From assembly GCA_050747525.1 (NCBI GenBank), contig JBOGOC010000110.1:17303-81302 (forward strand): DNA of 64,000 bases, given 5' to 3'. The notes beneath the pieces are model-generated. The model did not search any database. It saw nothing but the letters and a program-made list of their open reading frames with translations, and had not been told where the DNA came from. Positions 1-9,193 of this stretch are shown here, piece by piece (the first letter of the stretch is position 1; every line of letters starts with the position of its first letter). Made by a program: the position numbers and the translations under genes. The DNA comes from Candidatus Polarisedimenticolia bacterium. Its GTDB lineage: Bacteria > Acidobacteriota > Polarisedimenticolia > JACPZX01 > DASXTC01.

Positions 1-1
1 C

Positions 2-280
2 ATTGTCGCCAGTCGAGAACGCCTCGTCGACCTCGAGGCGGACCTGGCAGCGTTTCCCCGACCCCGTACCGGATCGCCATGGCCCATGGCGCTCCTCTCG
101 GACGCCGGCGGAGAACGGCTCCGCGGCGCGGGCATCCTCGTCCTCGACTCTCACTCCTCTCCGGGATCCACCCGGCTGACGCCCCGGCTGAACCTGCTCG
201 CCGCATCGCTCGCCACCGACGTCGAGACCACCACAGGCGTCTGGGTGCGTCGAATCGATCTCGACAATCCCGGCCGATAG
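2..280 (+). CDS. Partial CDS (5' end outside the window): C-terminal extracytoplasmic domain of a membrane Ser/Thr kinase paralog
   Basis: Frame-2 translation IVASRERLVDLEADLAAFPRPRTGSPWPMALLSDAGGERLRGAGILVLD...RLNLLAASLATDVETTTGVWVRRIDLDNPGR* aligns residue-by-residue with the C-terminus of the kinase at 37387..39075 (FLIVASRERLFDLESDLEAFPRPRAGSPLSMALLSPSAGERLRGAGILVVD...RIELDNPGR*). It is followed by the same downstream motif. Confidence 0.6.
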   Translation: MVASRERLVDLEADLAAFPRPRTGSPWPMALLSDAGGERLRGAGILVLDSHSSPGSTRLTPRLNLLAASLATDVETTTGVWVRRIDLDNPGR

Positions 281-285
281 TCACA

Positions 286-335
286 GCTCCTCCTGTTCAT
301 CGAGCCTCCCTCCGGTGTTATCCATCTTCGAAGGG
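286..335 (+). promoter_or_regulatory. Conserved promoter-like motif, copy 1 (TGTTCA -N18- [TG]TTATCC with a conserved leader cttcgaagg)
   Basis: cctcctgttcatcgagcctccctccggtgttatccatcttcgaaggga lies ~65 nt upstream of the start at 397. The same architecture is found at 9190 and 39090. Confidence 0.5.
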
Positions 336-396
336 ACGCCCGGATCGAGATAACGCGATCCCCCACCGCGTAGTCGTGGGGGCTGGAGGAGGCTCG

Positions 397-966
397 ATGA
401 ATCGCACCGTCATGTCGTTCGTCTGTTTGCTCGCCGGGAGCGGGCTTCTCGTCCATGGGGCGGAATCGCGCATTCCCATCTACCAGCCTGTCGTCATCAA
501 CACCCCAGGCCATTACTTCCTCACCCAGGACATCACCGCCTCCGTCGGCAGCGTCATCAGGATTCGAGCCAACAACGTCACCCTGGACCTGAACGGGCAC
601 ACGATCACGCATACGGCACTGGGTGGCACTGGCATCTTCATCGACACGATTGCCGAGCTGCCACTCCGGGGTATCGTCGTCAGGAACGGGTACATCAACG
701 GCGCCCCCTTCGGGATTTCCTCGTACGATGTGTCCGGCGATGTGTCCGGCGTCGGCGCTGACGTGCAGCTGACCGTCGAGCGGGTTCAAATCTCCGGTGG
801 CAGGGAGGGGATCAGAATTCAACTCGACAAGAAGCGACTCGGGGGCCACATGGGGAGAGCCCGAGTATTGTTGCCGCTGCAACCACCGCTTCAGGCCCCA
901 AGCAGCCGCGGCCTGGACACGCCTCGGACGCCACGGCGTTCCTTCTGTAGCGGAGGAACGACGTAG
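397..966 (+). CDS. Small secreted right-handed beta-helix-like protein (189 aa), possibly truncated or frameshifted at its C-terminus
   Basis: ATG at 397 sits 6 nt after GGAGGAGG. Signal peptide MNRTVMSFVCLLAGSGLLVHGAES. Parallel beta-helix-like repeats (NNVTLDLNGHTITH, GIVVRNGYINGA). The last ~45 aa (GGHMGRARVLLPLQPPLQAPSSRGLDTPRTPRR) are low-complexity and look non-native. The stop TAG 964-966 overlaps the GTG at 966 of the next gene. Confidence 0.5.
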   Translation: MNRTVMSFVCLLAGSGLLVHGAESRIPIYQPVVINTPGHYFLTQDITASVGSVIRIRANNVTLDLNGHTITHTALGGTGIFIDTIAELPLRGIVVRNGYINGAPFGISSYDVSGDVSGVGADVQLTVERVQISGGREGIRIQLDKKRLGGHMGRARVLLPLQPPLQAPSSRGLDTPRTPRRSFCSGGTT

Positions 967-3900
967 TGCGCGATCAACGATCCATAGCCATAGATGGGCG
1001 TTCGCAGTACTTCGCTGGTCGTGTCCCCTTCTGGAGGTTGCTGACCCTCGCGACCTTCGTGACGTGTTCGATGGCGAACGCCCTGGAACCCCCGCCGCAT
1101 GGTGACGTACTGTCGCAGAAACGGTTCTTCAAGCCGGAACTGTACATCAGCACGTCGAACGTACTCGATGATTCCGGCACGCTGCTCGGTGCAAGGCAGG
1201 CCGCATTGGAACGTTTCTTCGCCGAGCACACGTCCCAGTTCCGAGTCTACTTCGATCCTCGCTCCGGAACCCCGAGCAACCTACTCGGCTCGATCCCCCT
1301 CCTGCCAGGTCCCGGCGTCGGGAACGACCTGACGCTCCAAGACGTCGCGCAGCGCCTCAGCCGAACGGTCGTCAAGGTCGACGCCGTCGTTGTCTCCGAC
1401 CTCGTCCGGTCCTTGATCGTGGAGCACGCGGATGCTTTCTCGATCGACTCTGAGCAACTCGGGGGCGCGACGGCGGCACCGGTCGCCGATCACTTGTGGC
1501 AAGTCAGCATCGCCCAGCAGTTCGATGGCCTTCCGGTACGCCACTCTCGGATCGTCGCCACGATCAACAACGGGAACCTCGTGCTCTTGGGTACGGAGAG
1601 CTGGGGCGACGTTGGCGAGCTCAAGACCCAGGCATCGATCACGGCCGATCAGGCGCTGGAGTTAGGTTTCGCCTACGTTGGCGGCCGGGCCGTCGAGGAC
1701 GAACTCTGGCGCTCGCCCAAGCTCGAGATCATACCCATTGCGCCTCCCGAGCACCAAGACGGCGGTCGGTTCGTCGGACCGATCGGCGCGGGCTACGCGC
1801 ATCGGCTGGTCTGGTCGTTCGGCTTCGAGCGGCCGCCAGAGCCAGCACGCTGGGAGTTGCTAGTCGACGCTCACTCGGGCGAGGTTCTGGCTTTCGAGGA
1901 TACCAATCAATATGCGACGGAAAGCGTCTCCGGTGGCGTCTATCCGATCACCAGCACGGAGATCTGTCCGACGGACGAGACCTGCGGCACCATGCAATCT
2001 GCGGTACCCATGCCTTACGCAGACACCGGGTTGTTGCCGCCCAATGACTTCACCGATGCTGCGGGGCAGTTCGAGCACGCAGGGGGCCCCGTCACGACGA
2101 CGCTGAAGGGGCGGTTCGTCTGGATGGCGGATACCTGCGGGGTGATCAACGGAACCGCCGCCGGGAGCATCGACCTCGGAGGGGTCAACGGCGACCACGA
2201 CTGCACGAGCGGAGGCGGCTCGCCCGGCAACACGGCGACATCGCGCACCTGCTACTACGAGCTGAACCAGCAGGCGGCAATGGCGCGGGGCTGGCTGCCG
2301 GGGAACGTATGGCTGCAAGGTCCGCTCCGCGCGAACGTGAACGTGGCGGGCACTTGCAACGCGTTCTGGGACAGGATCTTGGGATCGGTCAACTTCTACA
2401 AGAGCGGCGGCGGCTGCCGGAACACCGGGGAGATGGCGTCGGTCATCGACCACGAATGGGGCCACGGCCTCGACGACAACGACGCCGGCGGCCTGCTCAG
2501 CAACTCCAGCGAGGCCTACGCCGACATCGCGGCTCTGTACCGCACGCAGGCATCGTGCCTGGGGCATGGCTTCTTCCACACGTTCAATAGGGGGTGCGGT
2601 CAGACTTCCGACGGAACCGGTTTCAATCAGAACGAGTCGCAGACCGGCATGCACTGCAACCTCGACTGCTCGGGGGTACGGGACGCCGATTGGGCCCGGC
2701 ACATCGATGGCCTACCCGATACGCCGGCGAGCTGGAACTGCGTGCATTGCGGTGGGGGTACCGGACCCTGCGGCAGACAGGTGCACTGCGCGGCAGCGCC
2801 GGCGAGGCAGGCGGCCTGGGACCTCGTGGCGCGCGACCTGCAGAGTCCTCCTTTCGACTACGAGCCCAACACGGCATTCATCATCGGCAACAAGCTCTTC
2901 TACCAGGGAAGCGGCAACATCGGTGCGTGGCACGCGTGCACGTGTCCTGACTCGGACGGCTGCGGCGCTGCAAACGCATACATGCAATGGCTGGCCGCGG
3001 ACGACGACAATGGGAGCCTCATCGACGGGACGCCGCACATGTCCGCCCTGCATGCGGCGTTCGATCGACATGCGATCGCCTGCGCAGCTCCGGCACCAAC
3101 GAACAGCGGGTGTGCGGGCGGTCCGACAGGTGCACCGTCGCTGGACGTCATCGTCGGAAGCCGGCGGCTCGACCTGTCGTGGAATGCGGTCGCCGGCGCC
3201 AGCTCCTACCGCGTGTTCCGCACCGAGGGCCATGCCGGTTGCGCGTTCGGCAAGACGTTGATCGCCACGGTCGCCGGGACCAGCCACGCGGACACCGCGC
3301 TGGCGAACGACCGCGGCTACAGCTACGTCGTGCAAGCGGTCGGCGCCAGTGGTGCCTGCTTTGGCTCGGCAAGCAACTGCGTGACGGCTGCGCCGCAGTT
3401 GCAGTCGTGCGTCGGCGCGGTCGCCCTCGGTGCGGAAACGTACGGCTGCGCCGGAGTGTTGGAGGTGTCCCTGTCGGATTCCGACCTGGAGGGGGCGGGT
3501 ACTGCGGTGATCGAGATCTCCTCCACGACGGAGCCGATTGCCGAAACGCTCGGGTTGACCGAGGTCCCTCCGAATTCCGGGGTCTTCACCGGCACCCTGG
3601 CCACGACGGCCGCACCGCCCGTGCCTGCCGACGGCGCCGTCTCGGTCGTCGACGGGGACACGATCACCGTGCGTTATCAAGACGCCTCGGCTTGTGGGCC
3701 GCCGAGCGTCGCAGAGGCAATGAGTTCGGTGGATTGTGTCGGCCCTGTGGTCGTCAGCATCAGTCCACCGGACAACGCGGCTGGCGTTCCGCAGGCGACC
3801 GTGATCCTCGCGCAGTTCGACGAGCCCGTGGATCCGACGACGGTCACGACGTCGACATTCGTCGTCCTGAATTGCACCGAGACGCAGGTGGCAGGGACCC

Positions 3901-6650
3901 TGTCGGTGTCGGACGACCGGAGGGCCGTAACCTTCGTTCCCACGGACGGCCTCGCACCCGACACACGCTATTTCGTTTCCCTCACGTCCGGAATCGAGGA
4001 TCCCCTCGGCAACGGCCTGGTGCCGTTCAACAGCTCGTTTCTGACGTCGTCGGTTCCGGCCGCCGCGGTCCCCGCGGATTCTATCGGAGCGTCGGAGGCC
4101 GGGACGGCCATCGGCGGACCGAACGCCGGCGCGAACTTCGGACGCGGTGTCGCCGCAGTCGAGGACATCGACGGCGACGGCATCGGAGAGCTGCTCGTCG
4201 GGGCACCGCGGGCCCAGCCGAATGGTGTCGACTCTGGCGCGGCCTACCTGATCTTCGGAGGATCGACGGGCCCGCAGGAAGACCCTACACAGTGGGTCAG
4301 CTTCCTCGGTGAGGCAGCCGGAGACAGCGCGGGGTTCTCGGTCGCGGCGGCCGGAGACGTGAACGGCGATCACGTCCCGGACCTTCTGATCGGAGCGCCC
4401 GGGAACGACGCGGCAGGATCCGGTTCCGGTCGGGCCTATGTCGTGTTCGGAGGAGGGAACCTCACGCCTGGAGCCGTGATCGAGCTGGCCCACGTCGGCG
4501 GCTCGGTGCCCGGGGTGAAGATCACCGGAGCCGAGGCCGGGGACCAGCTCGGCTTCTCGATCTCCGGCGGCGGGGACCCGAACGTCGATGGCACGAGCGA
4601 CGTGCTGCTTGGGGCACCGTTCTCGGACCCGGGGGGCGATGTGGATGCAGGCCGAGCGTTCCTGCTCTTCGGACCTCTGACGCCCGGCGAGATCAGCCTG
4701 ATTGACGTTGGCGAGCCTGGCACGACGGCTGCCGGCGTCGTCTACGAGGGTGCTGCCGCCGGCGACGAGACCGGTCGCTCCGTAACGCTGTGGCTCGACT
4801 CCGGAACCACTGACGGCGACGGTTTTGACGATGTGGTCATCGGCAGCCCGGGTGCGGACCCTGTCGTCAACTCGGTGGCCTACCCGGACGGCGGAATCGT
4901 CTACGTCGTCCACGGCGGAGCTGCCAATCTCGCGGAGAGCCCCGTTCGGCTCGATCGAGTGGCGAACGGAGGAACCGACGCGATCTCGGGAGTGCAATTC
5001 CAGAACGACTTTGCCGCGGAACGGATGGGAACGACGGTAGGCGGCGCCGACTTCACGTCGACCTCGGGGACCGGCGCTCTCGCGGCCGGCGCCCCGGGGG
5101 ACAGTGCACAGCAGAGTGCCGCGGCCCTGTGCGTGAGGAAGGTCAAGGTATGGAGGCCGCCGATCGTCTGCGCTCGATGCCTGAGTGTCAAGGCCAAGAT
5201 CACCGCCAGTAACTCGTCGGCATCGAGCTCGATCTTCGCGATGACCCGCTCTTGCTCGGCCGCCCTAGCAGCAGAGCCAGCTGCGTCGCCAACGCTCGAC
5301 TTTCAAGACTTGGGTGGGCTGGACGCAGGGAATGTCCTCGCCTTCGTGGGGGACGTCGACGGACTTCAGGGCGAGGACCTCGCGATCGGGGTCCCGTCGG
5401 AGGTGGTCGGCGGCCTTGATGGAGCGGGCAGGGTGTTCGTTGTCTCTGGCGGCTCGATGCAGCCTGGAACTGTGAAGGACCTGGACGATGTGGGCCAAAC
5501 CGTTCCCGGCTTCGTCCTCGAAGGGGACGAGGCGCAAGGGCTCCTGGGCCGCTCGGTCGGGGGCGGATTCGATGTGAACGGCGATGCCGTGGCGGACCTG
5601 CTCGTCGGAGGCCCGCTGATCAACCCGCCCTCTCCCCAGCAGCCGCCGGCCACGATCACCGACGCCGGGGAGACGTTCGTCGTCTCCCACGTCCCGCCGG
5701 GCGCGGTCGGGAGTGGAGCAGCGGCCCCCCTCCTGTACTCGGGTAACAATGTCCTAGAGTGGGGAGGCGTCGACCGGGCGACCCGCTACAACGTCTACCG
5801 CGGTCTCTTGAGCACCTTGCGCTCGGACGGCCGGGTCTACACCAGTTCCATGGTTTGCCTGGCCAACGACACCACGCGCGATGACGATGCGGACGGCCTG
5901 CCCGACGCCGCCGATGCCGACATCCCGCCACCGGGTGACGGCTTCTTCTACCTGATCACGGCCGAGAACGACTCGGGGGAGGGGTCGCTCGGCACCGACA
6001 GCGCGGGCAAGCTGCGTGTCAACAACTCGCCCTGCAGCGGCTCACAGACCGAGTCCATCCCGGGCCAGGGCGACGCGGATGGCGACAGCTTCGTCGATCT
6101 CTGCGACAACTGCCCGACCGTCGCGAACGCGAACCAGCTCGACACGGACGGCGATGCCGCGGGCAACGCCTGCGACCCGGACGACGACAACGACGGCTTG
6201 CTGGACACCGAGGAACTCGCGCTCGGAACGGACCCGTTGCTGTCGGACACTGACGGCGACGGGTTGTCGGATTTCGATGAGGTCCGGGTGCACGGTACCG
6301 ATCCCCTCGATCCTGATCCAGACGGCGACGGATGTCCGGACCCGGTGGAGCTTGCTCGAGGGTCCGACCCCCACGTAGCCGACACCGACTCCGACGGCTT
6401 CCTCGACTGCGCCGACAACTGCCCCGCGGTCGCGAACCCGTTGCAGGAGGACGCCGACGGCGACAGTGTCGGCGACGCGTGCGAGCTCCATCTGAAGGCG
6501 GCGACCCTTGACGGGGCGGGAGGCCGGATGACGTCCCCGGCGGTTTCCATGGCCCGGGCGAGCCTGGGCCAGACGGCGGCCGGGCGCTCCCAGTCTCCGG
6601 GAGGCGAGTACAGGCTGCGCGGTGGCTTCGTCGCGGCGGTGGCACCGTGA
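966..6650 (+). CDS. Very large secreted Zn metalloprotease (HEXXH) with FG-GAP (integrin-alpha-like) repeats, Ig/FN3-like domains and C-terminal thrombospondin type-3 (TSP3) calcium-binding repeats
   Basis: 1894-aa ORF. HEWGHGLDDND zinc-binding motif. Several FG-GAP units (DIDGDGIGELLVGAP, DVNGDHVPDLLIGAP, GDVDGLQGEDLAIGVP). TSP3-type repeats DTDGDAAGNACDPDDDNDGLLD, DSDGFLDCADNCPAVANP near the C-terminus. N-terminal hydrophobic segment FWRLLTLATFVTCSMANA. The exact start is uncertain: GTG 966 is the first start after the in-frame stop at 948. Confidence 0.75.
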   Translation: MRDQRSIAIDGRSQYFAGRVPFWRLLTLATFVTCSMANALEPPPHGDVLSQKRFFKPELYISTSNVLDDSGTLLGARQAALERFFAEHTSQFRVYFDPRSGTPSNLLGSIPLLPGPGVGNDLTLQDVAQRLSRTVVKVDAVVVSDLVRSLIVEHADAFSIDSEQLGGATAAPVADHLWQVSIAQQFDGLPVRHSRIVATINNGNLVLLGTESWGDVGELKTQASITADQALELGFAYVGGRAVEDELWRSPKLEIIPIAPPEHQDGGRFVGPIGAGYAHRLVWSFGFERPPEPARWELLVDAHSGEVLAFEDTNQYATESVSGGVYPITSTEICPTDETCGTMQSAVPMPYADTGLLPPNDFTDAAGQFEHAGGPVTTTLKGRFVWMADTCGVINGTAAGSIDLGGVNGDHDCTSGGGSPGNTATSRTCYYELNQQAAMARGWLPGNVWLQGPLRANVNVAGTCNAFWDRILGSVNFYKSGGGCRNTGEMASVIDHEWGHGLDDNDAGGLLSNSSEAYADIAALYRTQASCLGHGFFHTFNRGCGQTSDGTGFNQNESQTGMHCNLDCSGVRDADWARHIDGLPDTPASWNCVHCGGGTGPCGRQVHCAAAPARQAAWDLVARDLQSPPFDYEPNTAFIIGNKLFYQGSGNIGAWHACTCPDSDGCGAANAYMQWLAADDDNGSLIDGTPHMSALHAAFDRHAIACAAPAPTNSGCAGGPTGAPSLDVIVGSRRLDLSWNAVAGASSYRVFRTEGHAGCAFGKTLIATVAGTSHADTALANDRGYSYVVQAVGASGACFGSASNCVTAAPQLQSCVGAVALGAETYGCAGVLEVSLSDSDLEGAGTAVIEISSTTEPIAETLGLTEVPPNSGVFTGTLATTAAPPVPADGAVSVVDGDTITVRYQDASACGPPSVAEAMSSVDCVGPVVVSISPPDNAAGVPQATVILAQFDEPVDPTTVTTSTFVVLNCTETQVAGTLSVSDDRRAVTFVPTDGLAPDTRYFVSLTSGIEDPLGNGLVPFNSSFLTSSVPAAAVPADSIGASEAGTAIGGPNAGANFGRGVAAVEDIDGDGIGELLVGAPRAQPNGVDSGAAYLIFGGSTGPQEDPTQWVSFLGEAAGDSAGFSVAAAGDVNGDHVPDLLIGAPGNDAAGSGSGRAYVVFGGGNLTPGAVIELAHVGGSVPGVKITGAEAGDQLGFSISGGGDPNVDGTSDVLLGAPFSDPGGDVDAGRAFLLFGPLTPGEISLIDVGEPGTTAAGVVYEGAAAGDETGRSVTLWLDSGTTDGDGFDDVVIGSPGADPVVNSVAYPDGGIVYVVHGGAANLAESPVRLDRVANGGTDAISGVQFQNDFAAERMGTTVGGADFTSTSGTGALAAGAPGDSAQQSAAALCVRKVKVWRPPIVCARCLSVKAKITASNSSASSSIFAMTRSCSAALAAEPAASPTLDFQDLGGLDAGNVLAFVGDVDGLQGEDLAIGVPSEVVGGLDGAGRVFVVSGGSMQPGTVKDLDDVGQTVPGFVLEGDEAQGLLGRSVGGGFDVNGDAVADLLVGGPLINPPSPQQPPATITDAGETFVVSHVPPGAVGSGAAAPLLYSGNNVLEWGGVDRATRYNVYRGLLSTLRSDGRVYTSSMVCLANDTTRDDDADGLPDAADADIPPPGDGFFYLITAENDSGEGSLGTDSAGKLRVNNSPCSGSQTESIPGQGDADGDSFVDLCDNCPTVANANQLDTDGDAAGNACDPDDDNDGLLDTEELALGTDPLLSDTDGDGLSDFDEVRVHGTDPLDPDPDGDGCPDPVELARGSDPHVADTDSDGFLDCADNCPAVANPLQEDADGDSVGDACELHLKAATLDGAGGRMTSPAVSMARASLGQTAAGRSQSPGGEYRLRGGFVAAVAP

Positions 6651-6688
6651 CAGCAAGCAAGCGGGATCTCGGAATGTTTAGGAGGTGG

Positions 6689-8527
6689 ATGGACATGCGA
6701 TGCTTTCTTATCTGCTCAGTGACCCTCGCGATCGCGTTCGGCCAGCCAATGTTCGCGCAGGGCGCTCCAGCGCTGCTCTCGTATCAGGGGCAGCTCACGA
6801 ACGCCGTCGGCGCCCCCATCACGAGTCCGACGCCGGTGCGTTTCACCCTGCTGTGGGGCGGCACGGCGAACGAGATCCCGTCCACCGGCAAGCCGGTGTA
6901 CCAGGAGGACGTCACCGTCGCACCCGACGGGGAAGGGGTGTTCCATCACCTGATCGGTGCCGGAACGCCCACCTCCGGGTGCGACGAGAACCGGGACGGC
7001 ACCGCGAACGAGCCGTGCGTCCTGACGCCTTCCGACTTTTCCGACTCGGTCACTGCGGTGTACCTCGAACTACGTGTGGATCCCGGTGGCACGAATAACG
7101 TTCTGGTGCCACGGCAGCGGACAGCAAGCGTGGGCTATGCGCTGGAAGCGGATACTCTCGATGGTCAGCATGCCACTGGGTTGGCCGACACTCTCGATTC
7201 CGCCTACCACCGCGGCGGCGCCGGGGCGGGCCGCACCATTGTCGCGGACTCGGGCGCTGTGAGCATCGCCGGCTCGGACGGTCTGACCGTGAACGGCAGC
7301 GTCGGAATCGGCACCACTACGCCCGCCAGCAAGCTACAGGTGTCGAGCGGAGCAGGTACAACGGAACTACGCATCACGAATACGGCTGCTCCAGTAGATG
7401 GTGTCGTGCGTACGGGTCTGCCCGGTGGCATCGCCAGCATGCAACTCGGCACGCTAACGTTGCATGACCTTGCCCTTGCGGCTGGCAACGCTACGCGGGT
7501 GACGATTAACGCAAGTTCCGGCAACGTCGGAATCGGCACTGCGACGCCGGGTGAAAAGCTTACCGTTGCGGGCACCATCCGCTCGACGAGCGGCGGGTAC
7601 AGATTCCCGGACGGTACAGTCCAAGGCTCGGCGGCCTCGCCCATCAATGGCATTCGTACACCACTTCAAATTGCGCTGTTGCGTTGGTACGAGTCCAACC
7701 AGGGGCCAGCAAGGTTCAGTTTTCCGGGTGGCATGTACGGAGGAAGCTCGGTCGCCTTCGACGGAGACCACATGTGGGTGGTTCTTGACCTCTTCAACAG
7801 GGTGCTCAAGTTGCGGGCCAGCGATGGGGCGCAGGTCGGCAACTTTGCGACCGGAGCCGGGGCGACCGCCGCGTCCTTTGATGGGGCCAACATCTGGGTG
7901 GCCAACTCTGACGCCGACAGCGTGACCAAGTTGCGAGCCAGCGATGGGGCATCACTCGGCACGTTCGCGGTCGGCGATGATCCGCGGGCCGTGACCTTCG
8001 ACGGTGCAAACGTCTGGGTGGGAAACTGGGCCAGCGACTCCTTGACCAAGCTTCGTGCCAGCGATGGAGTATCCCTCGGTACGTTCGCGGTCGGTGACGG
8101 CCCGGAGGGTCTATGCTTCGACGGGGCGAACATCTGGGTGACGAACTTCAATAGCGACAACGTGACGAAGATACGGGCCAGTGACGGATCGTTGCTGGGC
8201 ACATTCGGCGTCGGAAACGGTCCGCGGGGATTGGCCTTCGATGGCGCCAACATCTGGATCGCGAACTTTTTCGGTAGTGTAACGAAGCTACGTGCCAGCG
8301 ACGGAGCGCTGCTGGGAACCTTTCCGGCTGGCAGCAATCCGGCGGCCGTCGCTTTTGATGGTGCGAACATCTGGGTGGCCAACCAATCCAGCAACGTTGT
8401 AACCAAGCTGCAAGCGAGCGACGGAGCGCCGCTGGGAACCTTTCCGGCTGGGGAACTACCACAGGCGATCGCCTTCGATGGAGCCAACTTTTGGGTCGTC
8501 GGCTGGTATTACGTGTCGAAGCTGTAA
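6689..8527 (+). CDS. Secreted protein: N-terminal tail-collar-associated domain, tail-fibre-like G-rich repeats, then a 6-bladed NHL/YVTN-like beta-propeller
   Basis: AGGAGG at 6680-6685 followed by ATGs at 6689 and 6695. Signal peptide MDMRCFLICSVTLAIAFGQPMFAQG. N-domain LLSYQGQLTNAVGAPITSP is homologous to the N-termini of the tail-collar proteins at 44420 and 45384. Repeats SGNVGIGTATPGEKLTVAG. Six repeats LRASDGxxLGTFxVGxxPxxxxFDGANIWVxN. Confidence 0.7.
   Translation: MDMRCFLICSVTLAIAFGQPMFAQGAPALLSYQGQLTNAVGAPITSPTPVRFTLLWGGTANEIPSTGKPVYQEDVTVAPDGEGVFHHLIGAGTPTSGCDENRDGTANEPCVLTPSDFSDSVTAVYLELRVDPGGTNNVLVPRQRTASVGYALEADTLDGQHATGLADTLDSAYHRGGAGAGRTIVADSGAVSIAGSDGLTVNGSVGIGTTTPASKLQVSSGAGTTELRITNTAAPVDGVVRTGLPGGIASMQLGTLTLHDLALAAGNATRVTINASSGNVGIGTATPGEKLTVAGTIRSTSGGYRFPDGTVQGSAASPINGIRTPLQIALLRWYESNQGPARFSFPGGMYGGSSVAFDGDHMWVVLDLFNRVLKLRASDGAQVGNFATGAGATAASFDGANIWVANSDADSVTKLRASDGASLGTFAVGDDPRAVTFDGANVWVGNWASDSLTKLRASDGVSLGTFAVGDGPEGLCFDGANIWVTNFNSDNVTKIRASDGSLLGTFGVGNGPRGLAFDGANIWIANFFGSVTKLRASDGALLGTFPAGSNPAAVAFDGANIWVANQSSNVVTKLQASDGAPLGTFPAGELPQAIAFDGANFWVVGWYYVSKL
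7756..8515 (+). repeat. In-gene tandem DNA repeat, ~126-bp period, 6 copies, ~80% identity (encodes the NHL-type blades)
   Basis: Repeated units gtgaccaagttgcgagccagcgatggg...ttcgacgg.gcaaacatctgggtgg.caac are seen directly in the sequence. Confidence 0.7.
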
Positions 8528-8665
8528 ACGGGGCAGTGGGTGCCAAGTCAACCGAGAGTCGAGGCTGGAGTCGCTGGATGTTCCGCAACGGAGCGCTTCT
8601 TCCAGGACGTGATAACAGCGGGCGGGTTCGGGCCCGCAGCACCCTCCGCAGCTGGATAGGTTGTG

Positions 8666-8703
8666 GAAGCCCGGGCGCGGCCGGCCGGGGCTTCCTCCTT
8701 TCG
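8666..8703 (+). terminator. GC-rich hairpin, possible intrinsic terminator between the convergent NHL-protein gene and the tmRNA-like gene
   Basis: GGAAGCCCGG-gcgcggccgg-CCGGGGCTTCC forms an ~8-10 bp stem and is followed by tcctttc. It lies between a + gene end (8527) and a - RNA end (8847). The T-tract is weak. Confidence 0.3.
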
Positions 8704-8846
8704 GGGGACTCATTTCCACCAGCTTGGAGTTCCTATCCACCGCTGTCCGGCAGATATTGGCTTCGCCGAGCCGCGGATGTCGGTCCAGCCGCTCCTGGAA
8801 ACAGCGCGCGGCGAGGGCGATAGGGACGACGGTATCGCGGAATGAG

Positions 8847-9193
8847 TGGTGGAGGCGGCGGGAGTCGAACCGGCGCTGGCGGTCTGGGATGGCTTCCAGT
8901 TCACGCACCAGGCGCCGGATGCCGCATGGCCCGCTGGTGGCCAGATAGCGGCGCTTGCCGGAGTCACCATCCTCACGGGCGGAGGAGGAACCCAGGGATC
9001 GACACGCCGTATACTTCGTTCCTCTCCATAGATCGCACCTGAGGAGCCACCCCTTCCCAGCCATGCGGTCGCGTGGTGATCGACAAGCCGGAGCGCCCAC
9101 CTCGCCTGACGACGTGTTCATCACGCCGGACGGCGCCTCCACGGGGGACGCCTTCACCGGGGAGTCACCTGCGAGGTGAGACGGCGTCACCCC
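8847..9193 (-). ncRNA. ssrA: tmRNA (ssrA)-like gene, 347 nt; alternatively only a partial 3' (att-like) copy
   Basis: The minus-strand 3' end reads ...CCAGCGCCGGUUCGACUCCCGCCGCCUCCACCA. This is a tRNA-Ala-like T-arm plus acceptor with encoded CCA, near-identical to known tmRNA 3' termini (E. coli ...CGGGUUCAACUCCCGCCAGCUCCACCA). The complementary 5' acceptor strand GGGGGUG at 9193 (RC of caccccc) gives a G3.U70 pair and a GGGGnUGA start. Its length is typical for tmRNA. No protein gene occupies the interval. No canonical tag-peptide ORF ending in ..AA-stop could be identified, and the 5' D-analogue UUCGAC is not obvious. Confidence 0.45.

Noticed and set aside
8663-8845. A 60-aa ORF in the intergenic region before the tmRNA-like gene
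   Set aside because: It has no RBS, poor composition, and overlaps the predicted hairpin. It is more likely non-coding.
8847-9139. An alternative, shorter tmRNA with its 5' end at 9139 (GGAGGCG pairing)
   Set aside because: It would give an A3-U70 pair instead of the near-universal G3.U70, and a 293-nt length. The 9193 5' end fits tmRNA conventions better.
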